Assembly (NCBI GenBank): GCA_963850305.1
Contig: CAWKKR010000008.1
Location: 896,001-960,000, forward strand
Reading direction: 5' to 3'
Source: an uncultured delta proteobacterium
GTDB taxonomy: Bacteria; Myxococcota_A; Polyangia; Polyangiales; Polyangiaceae
DNA length: 64,000 bases
Made by a program: the position numbers and the translations under genes. This document shows, in pieces, positions 19,740 through 28,461 of this stretch (its first letter is position 1; each line of letters begins with the position of its first letter). Under the pieces are notes generated by a model, which was not told where the DNA came from, made no database searches, and was given only the letters and a program-made list of their open reading frames with translations.

Positions 19740-20520
19740 CGACGTAGAGCGTGGAGTTCGCGGGGCTCAAGCCGTTCGCGTAGTTTCCGACGTACCATTG
19801 GCCCCAGCTCGAGTCGTCCGTGACGATGTTCGTAGTCTGGACCACGAGGCGATCGTCCTGATAGAGCGCCACCGCACCCGTCGCATCAGCGGCGCGTGCG
19901 AGATAGAACTCCAGGTGAAACCAGGAACCGATGGGGACGGGTACGGGCGGCGCAGCATCGAGCGTGACCCCGTTCAGGAAGTCGTAGACGACGAGTTCGA
20001 GATCGCCGTTCGTCGCGTTGACGAGCGAGACGTCCCAGAGTCCGTGCTGCGCGGAAGGATCGCCGCCCTGGAAGTGCAGGAGGTTCCACACGGCCGAGTT
20101 CTCGGCGAGGGCCGGAACGAAGTACCAGGCCCCGTAGTACGCTGCCTGCGGCAATACGCCTTGTCGGACACACCGCGCCTGGTACGCCGTCGGATCTCCT
20201 GCGTTGACGGAGAAGGCGGCGGCGTGATGACCGGAATGAACCGGGGACGTGACCGTCTCGTAGATCGCAGGGGCTCCGTAACAGAACCCACCGGCCGCCG
20301 AGTAATCGCAGAACCCATTCTCGAAGCCCGTCGACCAGGGCACCGCGACTGGTGCCGTGCTGGGCGGAGCGGCGTCGGGCAGTCCAAGCAGCGAGCACTT
20401 CCACTCGCCCACGGTGACGGTTGGCTCGCAAGCGAGCAGCAGGCTCGGAACGATCACCACGAGGAGTCGCCACGCCGGACGGGCTGCCGACGGCGCGTGA
20501 AGCGGCTCCCTGACGGCCAT
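19711..20520 (-). CDS. Lipoprotein with probable jelly-roll (ConA/polysaccharide-lyase-like) domain
   Basis: Lipobox LLLAC, WSTGFE, YYGAWYFVP, GSWFHLEFYL, WYVGNY and LYVDDVTIS. Confidence 0.7.
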   Translation of the reverse strand: MAVREPLHAPSAARPAWRLLVVIVPSLLLACEPTVTVGEWKCSLLGLPDAAPPSTAPVAVPWSTGFENGFCDYSAAGGFCYGAPAIYETVTSPVHSGHHAAAFSVNAGDPTAYQARCVRQGVLPQAAYYGAWYFVPALAENSAVWNLLHFQGGDPSAQHGLWDVSLVNATNGDLELVVYDFLNGVTLDAAPPVPVPIGSWFHLEFYLARAADATGAVALYQDDRLVVQTTNIVTDDSSWGQWYVGNYANGLSPANSTLYVDDVTISAAR

Positions 20521-20678
20521 GCGAGGCCGATTCTCGAAGGGAACCTCCGGCTTGTCACCTGTCGATAGGCACCGAGATTCGAACGTCACGACCCTCGAGG
20601 ACCCTACAGATTGAATGACGGAATCGCACTCGTGCCGACACTGCGCCGAGATGACGTCACGCGAAGTCGCGGGCCGCA

Positions 20679-20684
20679 TTGACA
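20679..20684 (+). promoter_or_regulatory. Possible sigma70 -35 hexamer upstream of the xylanase
   Basis: Exact TTGACA in the divergent intergenic region, 48 nt before the ATG at 20732. No clear -10 element. Confidence 0.25.
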
Positions 20685-20731
20685 CCCTGAACCAAACTTT
20701 GCGCGACTGTCGCAACGCGTCCGCAGAGCCG

Positions 20732-21997
20732 ATGCCGACCCGCGGCCGTCCGCCTCGAGTCTGGCTGTTCGGGCTTGCTTTGCCTGGAGCGATTCTTCTC
20801 GGAGGGTGTGGTAGTGGGGCGAGCGCGCCGCCTGGCGAGGGTGCGGGAGGCACGTATCAAGGGAGCACGGGCGGCTACTCCGCGGGGGCCGGCCTCGGAA
20901 ATCAATCCGGCGGGGCCGCGAACAACTTCGCGGGCGGTGCGGATGGGACGGCGTTCGGCGGTGCGAGCGGAAGCGGCGGCTATCCCGCGGATACGGGCGG
21001 AACGAATGGGGCGGGCGGTGCGTCCGCTAGCAACGGCGGCGCGAGCGGAACGGGCGGCTCCACGGGCTCCGGCGGATCGACTGGCGGCGGCGCTGCAGGG
21101 AGCGGGGGCTCGCCGGGTACCGGTGGCTCGCCGCCCGCGAAGTTCTGCGGCAACATCACGACGAACGGGCAGGTCCGGTCGGACTTCATCACCTACTGGA
21201 ACCAGATCACCCCCGAGAACGAGGGCAAGTGGGGCAGCGTCGAGGCCGTCCGCGACCAGATGAACTGGACGGGCCTGGACGCCGTCCACGACTATGCGAA
21301 GCAGCACAGCATCCCGTTCAAGGAGCACAACTTCGTCTGGGGTTCCCAGCAACCCGGCTGGATCAGCGGACTTTCCCAGGCCGATCAGCGCTCGGAGGTC
21401 GAGGACTGGATCCGCCTGTTCTGCGAGCGCTATCCGGACACGCAGATGATCGACGTCGTGAATGAGCCGCCGCCGCACACGACGCCCCCGTACACGGCCG
21501 CGCTCGGGGGCGCCGGCGCGAGCGGCTACGACTGGATCGTCCAGGCATTCACTTGGGCGCACCAGTACTGCCCGAACTCGATCCTGATCATGAACGACTA
21601 CAACATCATCGAATACGCGAACGACAACTCCCACTTCATCGATATCGTGAAAAGCATCCAGGCCGCCGGCGCTCCCATCGACGCTATCGGCGCCCAGGCC
21701 CACGCCGCATACAACATCCCCACCGACACCGTGAAGGGCTACATCGACGACCTTACCTCTTCCACCGGGCTACCCGTGTACATCAGCGAGTACGACATCA
21801 ACGTGGCCGACGACAACCAGCAAGAGACCATCATGCAGAGCCAGTTCCCGATGTTCTGGACGGACCCCAACGTCCACGGCGTCACGCTGTGGGGATACAT
21901 CGAAGGCGCGACGTGGCTCCCGAACACCGGCCTCATGACGAGCACCGGCCAGATGCGCCCGGCGATGACCTGGCTCATGGGGTATTTGAATCGCTAG
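20732..21997 (+). CDS. Endo-1,4-beta-xylanase, GH10, lipid-anchored
   Basis: Lipobox LLGGC and Gly-rich linker. TPENEGKW, DVVNEP (acid/base Glu), NDYN, IGAQAH and YISEYD (nucleophile Glu). Confidence 0.93.
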   Translation: MPTRGRPPRVWLFGLALPGAILLGGCGSGASAPPGEGAGGTYQGSTGGYSAGAGLGNQSGGAANNFAGGADGTAFGGASGSGGYPADTGGTNGAGGASASNGGASGTGGSTGSGGSTGGGAAGSGGSPGTGGSPPAKFCGNITTNGQVRSDFITYWNQITPENEGKWGSVEAVRDQMNWTGLDAVHDYAKQHSIPFKEHNFVWGSQQPGWISGLSQADQRSEVEDWIRLFCERYPDTQMIDVVNEPPPHTTPPYTAALGGAGASGYDWIVQAFTWAHQYCPNSILIMNDYNIIEYANDNSHFIDIVKSIQAAGAPIDAIGAQAHAAYNIPTDTVKGYIDDLTSSTGLPVYISEYDINVADDNQQETIMQSQFPMFWTDPNVHGVTLWGYIEGATWLPNTGLMTSTGQMRPAMTWLMGYLNR

Positions 21998-22030
21998 GGA
22001 GCACGCTTGCTGCGCCAGAAGGAGCCCCTA

Positions 22031-22180
22031 TGAAGCGGTCCTCGCGTCTTGCGGACGCGTCGTCGTGCTGCGTGAAGCGGTTACCACGGCCGACGGACGC
22101 GTCGTCGTGCTGCGTGAAGCGAGTACCACGACGGACGGACGCGCCTTCGCGGCTTACGGACGCGTCCACGCGCCTTCGGA
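22031..22180. repeat. Tandem repeat with 42-bp period and 21-bp sub-period
   Basis: CGGACGCG at 22052, 22094, 22136 and 22157; TGAAGC at 22031, 22073 and 22115. A 28-bp block is identical in two copies. Confidence 0.85.
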
Positions 22181-22220
22181 TCGAGTCGACATCGTGAGCC
22201 CCGGCGTCCGCCCTCCTGCG

Positions 22221-24104
22221 TCAGCGTTCCGCGAAGGTCGAGACCCGCAGCTTTCGGAAGAGGCTTCGCTTCTTGTAGTGGTGCTGTTCCATCCTGCCGA
22301 GAATGTCGGACAGGACGCGCACGGCTTCGTCGATGAAGGGGCCCTTGTTGAGCATCACGCACTCGGCAGCGACACCGGTCGCGGCGTCGGTCACCTCGGC
22401 GCGCGAGGGCACGCCGGTCCGCGCGAGGGTATCGAGCACCTGCGTCGCCCAGATGGCCGGTACGTGGCTCGCCTCGCAGAGCCAGAGCATCTCCTCCTGC
22501 AGCTCCGCAAGCCGCTCGAACCCCACCTCGACCGCGAGATCCCCGCGCGCAATCATGACCCCGAGGGGCGGACGGCGTAGCCCCTCGAGGAGGAGCCGCG
22601 GAAGGTTCTCGAAGCCGGCGCGCGTCTCGATCTTGAGCACGACGCCGACGTCCGGTTTGCCGAGGCGGTCGAGCTCCTCGTGAAGAGCGCGGAGGTCCTC
22701 CGGGCGTCGCGCGAACGACAGGCTCACCGCATCGGCATGCAGCGCCACGAACGCGAGCGCCTGCCGGTCGTCGTCGGTCAGAGCGGGCACGTCGACGACG
22801 GTGTCCGGCAGGTTGATGCCCTTCTCGGCGTGCAGCTTGATCGTCGCCTTCTGCGTCCGGACGGCGCGCAAATGGAAGTCGCCGCGGGCGTCGACCTTCT
22901 CGACCACGGCTTCGACACGCCCGTCGTCGAAGAGCACGCGATGTCCGACCTGGAGATGATCGAGCGCGGAGGGCAGCGCGCAGGAGACCAGGCCCGGCTC
23001 GACGACGCGCCCGTCGCCGGTGCGCCGCGGAGCGCGTCCTTCCACGTCGCGCGGCGTGAGCACCAGCTCGTCCCCCGCGCGGATGTCGACGGCGGGACCT
23101 TCGCCGCCCCCCACCGTGAGCGTCACGGTTGCGACCTTGACGTCGGCACGGACCACACGGGCGCGCACCCGATCTTTCACGTAGGCGCGCCGGGTCGCGG
23201 AGAGGACGAGCTCGTCGTTGCCGGTCTCCCGGACCTCGAGGACGCGCTTCTTCCCGCGCGCGTCACGGAAGCGGAGTTCGTCTCCCGGGCGGACCTGCGC
23301 GAAGCTCTCGTCGTCGAGCAGCAGCTTCGGGGGAGAGCCCGTTTCGCACGGCAGCGACGCGCGGCGTACGATCACCCGGGCCGGCGTCACGGGGTTGCCG
23401 ATCTCGTCCCTCAGGGGCTTCCAGGTGATCACGTGCGGGGCGCCGGCGACGAGACCCGTCCGGAGCTTGGGCCCCGCGAGGTCCATGAGGATCCGGCACT
23501 CCTTGCCCGTTTCCCGCCGGGCCTCGCGGAGCGCTTCGATTGCGCCGAGCCACTCTTCCGGGCCTTCGTGAGCGCAGTTGATGCGAAGGACGTTCGCGCC
23601 GGCTGCGAGCATCTTGACCATCCACGCGCGGTCCGCCTCCTTCGCGGAGGGCACGGTTACCATGACGTAGATGTGCCGGTGCTCCGGACAGGGCCCGAGC
23701 AGGGCGCGCGTGTGCCGGTGAAGGCATGCCTGGGCCTTCTCCCACGACAGGGAACGGCCGCGCTCCTTCTCGAGGCGCTCGAGCTCGCTGCGTGCGCCCT
23801 CGTTTCCGCGAAAGACGAGTGCCTCATGCGCGCGGCGCGACACCTCGAGCAAGGTCTCGCGAACGAAGCTCTCGGAGCGCCCGAGCGACGAGAGCCCGAG
23901 CTCGGCGAGCGCGAGCTGCAACTCTCGAAGGTCTTCCTGCCGGAGCGCGACGTAATGCACCAGGTTTCGCGCGCTCTCACGGTGCTCTTCCGCGACGCCC
24001 GCGATCGCCTTGGCCATCTGGTGCTCCAGCTCGTCGAGGCGCCGCTCGACCCGCAGGAGCTCGCGCGCTACCGCGACGAACGAATGCTCGAACGCGTCAC
24101 TCAT
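22221..24104 (-). CDS. pyk: Pyruvate kinase, atypical long form
   Basis: RINCAH, MDLAGPKLRTG, EKGINLP, LKIET, MIARGDL, WATQVL and AECVMLNKG. Confidence 0.88.
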   Translation of the reverse strand: MSDAFEHSFVAVARELLRVERRLDELEHQMAKAIAGVAEEHRESARNLVHYVALRQEDLRELQLALAELGLSSLGRSESFVRETLLEVSRRAHEALVFRGNEGARSELERLEKERGRSLSWEKAQACLHRHTRALLGPCPEHRHIYVMVTVPSAKEADRAWMVKMLAAGANVLRINCAHEGPEEWLGAIEALREARRETGKECRILMDLAGPKLRTGLVAGAPHVITWKPLRDEIGNPVTPARVIVRRASLPCETGSPPKLLLDDESFAQVRPGDELRFRDARGKKRVLEVRETGNDELVLSATRRAYVKDRVRARVVRADVKVATVTLTVGGGEGPAVDIRAGDELVLTPRDVEGRAPRRTGDGRVVEPGLVSCALPSALDHLQVGHRVLFDDGRVEAVVEKVDARGDFHLRAVRTQKATIKLHAEKGINLPDTVVDVPALTDDDRQALAFVALHADAVSLSFARRPEDLRALHEELDRLGKPDVGVVLKIETRAGFENLPRLLLEGLRRPPLGVMIARGDLAVEVGFERLAELQEEMLWLCEASHVPAIWATQVLDTLARTGVPSRAEVTDAATGVAAECVMLNKGPFIDEAVRVLSDILGRMEQHHYKKRSLFRKLRVSTFAER

Positions 24105-24288
24105 GGCAGTGCCCGCTGCAACGACCGTTCCTCGCCGATTCCCGTCGCTTCCGCGGCGCCGGCCGTCCGCGCGGCGCAAACCGTGCGCGCGAGGCGCACG
24201 CTGTCGGTCGTGCCAAACCTTGCCGGGCGCGACGAAACTGTCGGAGGCCGTCCGACCCCGCACCGACAACCGGCGTCCGTCCGCGCTC

Positions 24289-24963
24289 TCAGCTCGTGAA
24301 CATCTTCACCGGTCTTTCGAGGCTTGCGAGCACCGGCGCGTAGAGGACGCGCTTGATGGCGTGGAGGGTCGCGGCGCTCTTGCCGGCAAGCTCCTCGGCG
24401 CGCGCGACCGCTCGAGGGAGGACATCGATCTCGGGCACGGCTTCGGCGACGATCCCTCGGGCCGCCGCGTCCGTACCTCCGTAACGCTTGCCCGTCGTCG
24501 AGCACTCATGAAGGACGGGCTGCGGCAGCCGGGATGCGATGAGGGCCATCATCCCCTCGCTGAACGGGATGTCGATATCGACTTCGGGGAGGCAAAAGAA
24601 ACCGCGGTCCGAACGCATCACGGCGGAGTCGTGCGCGAGTACCAGCATGGCGCCCGCGGCGAAGGCGTGCCCGTTGATCGCCGCGACCGTTGGGCGCTTG
24701 AACGCCAGACACCGTGCGAGGAGGCGCTGCACGTCGCCGATGAACTCCGGGCGATCCGTGCAGGCGGGACTCACGATCCAGTCGAGGTCGAGACCGTTCG
24801 AGTAGTACTTTCCAGCGCCCGTCGTCACGAGCGCGGAGGGCGTAGCGGCCCGCTCCACCTCGTCGAGCGTGGCGTTGAAGTCCGCCACGAACCGCGCATT
24901 GAACCGGTTTTCGCCGTCCTCCATCCGGAGCACGAACACGTTGCCCTGTTTCGCCAGATCCAT
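24289..24963 (-). CDS. Enoyl-CoA hydratase/delta-isomerase (crotonase family)
   Basis: YSNGLDL, PTVAAINGHAFAAG and FCLPEVDI. Confidence 0.9.
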   Translation of the reverse strand: MDLAKQGNVFVLRMEDGENRFNARFVADFNATLDEVERAATPSALVTTGAGKYYSNGLDLDWIVSPACTDRPEFIGDVQRLLARCLAFKRPTVAAINGHAFAAGAMLVLAHDSAVMRSDRGFFCLPEVDIDIPFSEGMMALIASRLPQPVLHECSTTGKRYGGTDAAARGIVAEAVPEIDVLPRAVARAEELAGKSAATLHAIKRVLYAPVLASLERPVKMFTS

Positions 24964-25018
24964 GCAGACGAACCTACCGTAGCGTCCGGCAGCGCGAAAC
25001 TGGTGTCCCGGGGCGCCC

Positions 25019-26194
25019 TCAGTTGCACGACCCGGTCACTAGCGACCGGGGCCGGACGGCAGTGTTTTTGATGCTCGCCGCGCTGTCCATCGCCACGTCC
25101 TTGCCCCACCCCATGAGAGTGCTTGCGCTGAACGTCCTGGTCATATCGAACTCCGAGCAGTCGGTGTTCCAGTACGTAGCGGGGTCGTTGTCGCCCCACG
25201 ACCACGCGAGCCAGCCGATGCCGAAGCGCGACGCTTCCTGGACGAGGGCGTCGTAGTTCAACGCGGGACCGCAGCCGGGCGGCTCCCTGTTCGCAAATTC
25301 GCCGACGATGAACGGAAGGTCGAGCGCGATAGACTGCTGGAACACGGAGACGAGCTGCGCGTCGCTGAGGGGATCGTAGAGGTGCGCCGAGAAGATCAGG
25401 TTGTGGTCCGGATCGGCTGCGAGCACGGCCGGCCCCTGTGAGAAGAGCACCCCGTAGTCTCGTCCGCAGTTCCCTCCGTCGATGACGAGGGGCGTGTGGA
25501 TCCCGGCGCCCCGCATCTCCCTCACGACCGACGAGTACTCGTTCGCGAACTCCGTGTCGCTGGGTGGGCTGGGCTCGTTTGCGATGTTGATGAGCAGGTT
25601 CGCTTCGTACTCGTGAATGAGCGCAAGTGCGTCCGGGGCCGTGTAGTACCGGACGATCGGATCGAGTTTCCACTGACACGTCGAATCGTGCATCTCGAGC
25701 ATCGGGATCATGCCGTTCGCGATCGCGCGGGCGATCACGGGCTTGGCGGCGGAGATGGGAACGCCGTTTTCCGCGTACCAGAAGATACGGACCACATTGG
25801 CGCCGGTCTTGGCGATCTCCGGCAGCGCGTCGCCGGGGCGGTCGACGTAGAGCGTGGGGTGGTTCACACCACGGAGGACCACCCGCTCGCCGCAGCGATC
25901 GTACAGATTTCGCCCGCGGACGTAGTATCCCGTCGCCGCCGGCTCGGGTGGTGCAGACGCGTCCGTCGCGCTCGCATCGCCCGCGCTACCCGTACCGGCG
26001 TCGACGTTGCGCGTGGCGCCCGGATACAGACCAGCGCCGGCGGCGCAGGAAACGGTGAGACCAGTGCAGCCGGCGGCGGAAAGGATGATCGCCGCCGCAC
26101 GTCGACGTCGCTCCGACGTGTGTTCCGATGTTCGCTCGTGTCTGGGAGAATTCACGCGGCGAGTCGAGCATCGCCTTCCACGGAGCGCTGTCAC
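25019..26194 (-). CDS. GH5 glycoside hydrolase (mannanase/cellulase-like), probably lipid-anchored
   Basis: LRGVNH, IAKTGANVVR, EMHD, INIANE, FSAHLY, IVGEF and WLAWSW; lipobox LTVSC. Start is uncertain. Confidence 0.88.
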   Translation of the reverse strand: MTALRGRRCSTRRVNSPRHERTSEHTSERRRRAAAIILSAAGCTGLTVSCAAGAGLYPGATRNVDAGTGSAGDASATDASAPPEPAATGYYVRGRNLYDRCGERVVLRGVNHPTLYVDRPGDALPEIAKTGANVVRIFWYAENGVPISAAKPVIARAIANGMIPMLEMHDSTCQWKLDPIVRYYTAPDALALIHEYEANLLINIANEPSPPSDTEFANEYSSVVREMRGAGIHTPLVIDGGNCGRDYGVLFSQGPAVLAADPDHNLIFSAHLYDPLSDAQLVSVFQQSIALDLPFIVGEFANREPPGCGPALNYDALVQEASRFGIGWLAWSWGDNDPATYWNTDCSEFDMTRTFSASTLMGWGKDVAMDSAASIKNTAVRPRSLVTGSCN

Positions 26195-26358
26195 TTCTCG
26201 AGGGTAGAACCGCGATTTGTGTCGCGTTTCCCGCCGACTCTGGACCCGGACGAGACTCGAGGCCTGCGCTGACCGGCTCGCACGAGCTCGGTAGGCGGAC
26301 GCGCTTGGCCGGCACCGGAGTGGACGCGCTCGGGCAGGATCATAGGTATCGTGATCCG

Positions 26359-27345
26359 ATGAAGACGACGAAGCTTGGCGCGCAAGGTCCGCTCGTATCG
26401 GCGATAGGTCTCGGTTGCATGAGCATGGGCAAGTCCGGGGCGTACGGCGCGGCGGGTGACGACGAGGGCATCCGCACGATCCACGAGGCGATCGACCGCG
26501 GCGTCACCTTGCTCGACACGGGCGACTTCTACGGGATGGGGGAAAACGAGATGTTGATCGGCCGCGCGCTCGCGGGCGGCCGGCGGCAGCGGGTCCTGGT
26601 CTCGGTGAAGTTCGGCGGGATGCGAGACCCGGGCGGGCAGTTCACGGGGCACGACACGCGGCCCGTCGCAGTGAAGAACTTCGCTGCGTACAGCCTCAAG
26701 CGCCTCGGAATCGAGGTGATCGACATCTACCGCCCCGCGCGGCTCGACCCGCACGTGCCCATCGAAGACACCGTCGGCGCGATCGCGGATCTGATCAAAG
26801 CCGGGTACGTCAGGTACGTGGGGCTCTCGGAGGTCGGAGTGGAGACAATCCGACGCGCACACGCCGTTCATCCGATCGTGGACCTGCAGATCGAGTACGC
26901 GCTCGCAAGCCGCAAGCCGGAAGAGAAAATCTTTCCAGTGCTCCACGAGCTCGGGATCGGCGCGACGCTTTACGGGGTGCTCTCGCGCGGTCTCCTGAGC
27001 GGCAGCAAGCCCCAGCGCCCCAAGGATTTCCGGTCGCACCTGCCACGCTTCGCCGGACAGGCGGGCAAGGACAACGAGGAGCTCGTCGAGAAGCTGCGCG
27101 GGTTCGCGGCGAAGGCGGGGCGCACGCCGGCGCTGGTGTGCATGGCGTGGGTGCTGGCGAAGGAGCCGGCGCTGGTGCCGATCATCGGCGCTCGGACGCC
27201 GACGCAGCTGGACGTCCTGGACGCCGTGGAGCGGCCGCTCGCGGCGGACGAGATGCGGGAGCTCGAGACGCTGATTCCGAGAGGGGCCTTCAAGGGCAGC
27301 CGGTACGCGGAGGCGCAAATGGCGCATCTCGACAGCGAGCGCTGA
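26359..27345 (+). CDS. Aldo/keto reductase
   Basis: IGLGCMSM, LDTGDFYG, SLKRLG..IDIY, GLSE and LQIEY. Confidence 0.92.
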   Translation: MKTTKLGAQGPLVSAIGLGCMSMGKSGAYGAAGDDEGIRTIHEAIDRGVTLLDTGDFYGMGENEMLIGRALAGGRRQRVLVSVKFGGMRDPGGQFTGHDTRPVAVKNFAAYSLKRLGIEVIDIYRPARLDPHVPIEDTVGAIADLIKAGYVRYVGLSEVGVETIRRAHAVHPIVDLQIEYALASRKPEEKIFPVLHELGIGATLYGVLSRGLLSGSKPQRPKDFRSHLPRFAGQAGKDNEELVEKLRGFAAKAGRTPALVCMAWVLAKEPALVPIIGARTPTQLDVLDAVERPLAADEMRELETLIPRGAFKGSRYAEAQMAHLDSER

Positions 27346-27415
27346 CGCGAGGGTGGAGCGCCAAACTTTTCGAGATTCATGCGCGCCGGAGCTGGCAAGC
27401 GGCAACTACTCGAAG

Positions 27416-28426
27416 ATGAGCTCAAGGCGAATCTCCTTCTCCGGGTTCTCGTGCGGCGCTGTCCGCGCCGTCGCCTTCGCGTCGATCTGCGGCCTTACGG
27501 CTTGCGGCAACAAGAATGTGAGCGCGACGTCGACGGTCGACGGCGGTAATCGGAGCGGCGGCACGACGGGGACGAGCGACACCGGGGGAAGCCCCGGAGT
27601 CAGCACGACGGGCAGCGGTGGCTACACGAGCACTGGCGGCTCGATGGGCACTGGCGGCTCGATGGGCACTGGCGGCTCGATGGGCACCGGCGGCTCGACG
27701 GGCAGTGGCGGCTCGAGCAGCGCGGGGAACACGTGCCCTACCCCGTCGAGGTGTACCAACCCGACGTGCACTCAATCGAACGCCGTCTGCAATGTCTCCG
27801 AAGGCAACGGCTGGGACGTCTATGATAACCAGTGGAACTGCGGGAGCGGCAACTGCGGGGGCGGCAACTGCGGGGGCGGGAACTGCGGACCCGAGTCCGT
27901 GAACGTTTGCTCCGGAAGCAGCTGGTATGCCGTTTCGAATCAGGCGGCCGGCAACACGGCGGTATTGTCGTACGTGAGTTCCCAGGAAAATTTCAACAGC
28001 GTACCGCTCAGCTCGTTCAACGACATCACGAGCACGTTCAACGAGACGAGCCCGCACGTCGGCGACTACGAGGCCGCCTATGACGTGTTCTTCAACCCCG
28101 GCAACCAGTATGAAGTGATGGTCTGGGTGGACAACTACAACCAGACCCCGGGCGGAGGCTGGAACGCCGTCGCGAGCAACGTGACGGTCGGAGGGAGCAC
28201 GTACAACGTGTACATCAGCGGGAGCACCATCTACTACGTCGCCGTCACCAATTTCACCTGCGGCGACGTGGATCTCCTCGCGATCTTCAAGGACGCCACG
28301 AACCAGCGGCACTTTCTCCCCGCCAGCGTCGTTCTTCAGCAGATCCAGTTCGGGTGGGAGGTGTGCTCGACCAACGGTCAAGACGCGACGTTCTATCTCG
28401 ACGAGTTCTCTCTCATGCACGACTGA
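27416..28426 (+). CDS. GH12-like endoglucanase/xyloglucanase lipoprotein
   Basis: Lipobox GLTAC and TGGS linker. YDNQWN, YEAAYDVFF, YEVMVW and QFGWE provide the two catalytic Glu. Confidence 0.82.
   Translation: MSSRRISFSGFSCGAVRAVAFASICGLTACGNKNVSATSTVDGGNRSGGTTGTSDTGGSPGVSTTGSGGYTSTGGSMGTGGSMGTGGSMGTGGSTGSGGSSSAGNTCPTPSRCTNPTCTQSNAVCNVSEGNGWDVYDNQWNCGSGNCGGGNCGGGNCGPESVNVCSGSSWYAVSNQAAGNTAVLSYVSSQENFNSVPLSSFNDITSTFNETSPHVGDYEAAYDVFFNPGNQYEVMVWVDNYNQTPGGGWNAVASNVTVGGSTYNVYISGSTIYYVAVTNFTCGDVDLLAIFKDATNQRHFLPASVVLQQIQFGWEVCSTNGQDATFYLDEFSLMHD
27631..27720 (+). repeat. 18-bp coding tandem repeat (TGGSMG)
   Basis: CACTGGCGGCTCGATGGG three times exactly, plus two degenerate copies. Confidence 0.9.
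27836..27888 (+). repeat. 15-bp coding tandem repeat (NCGGG)
   Basis: AACTGCGG at 27836, 27851, 27866 and 27881. Confidence 0.9.
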
Positions 28427-28461
28427 CGCGCCCAACCACCGGCCTTCTTCGCGGGCTCGGG

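Noticed and set aside
22031..22180. Possible CRISPR mini-array
   Set aside because: The intervening segments are about 14 bp and similar to each other, there are only two full copies, and no cas genes are present. It is a tandem repeat.
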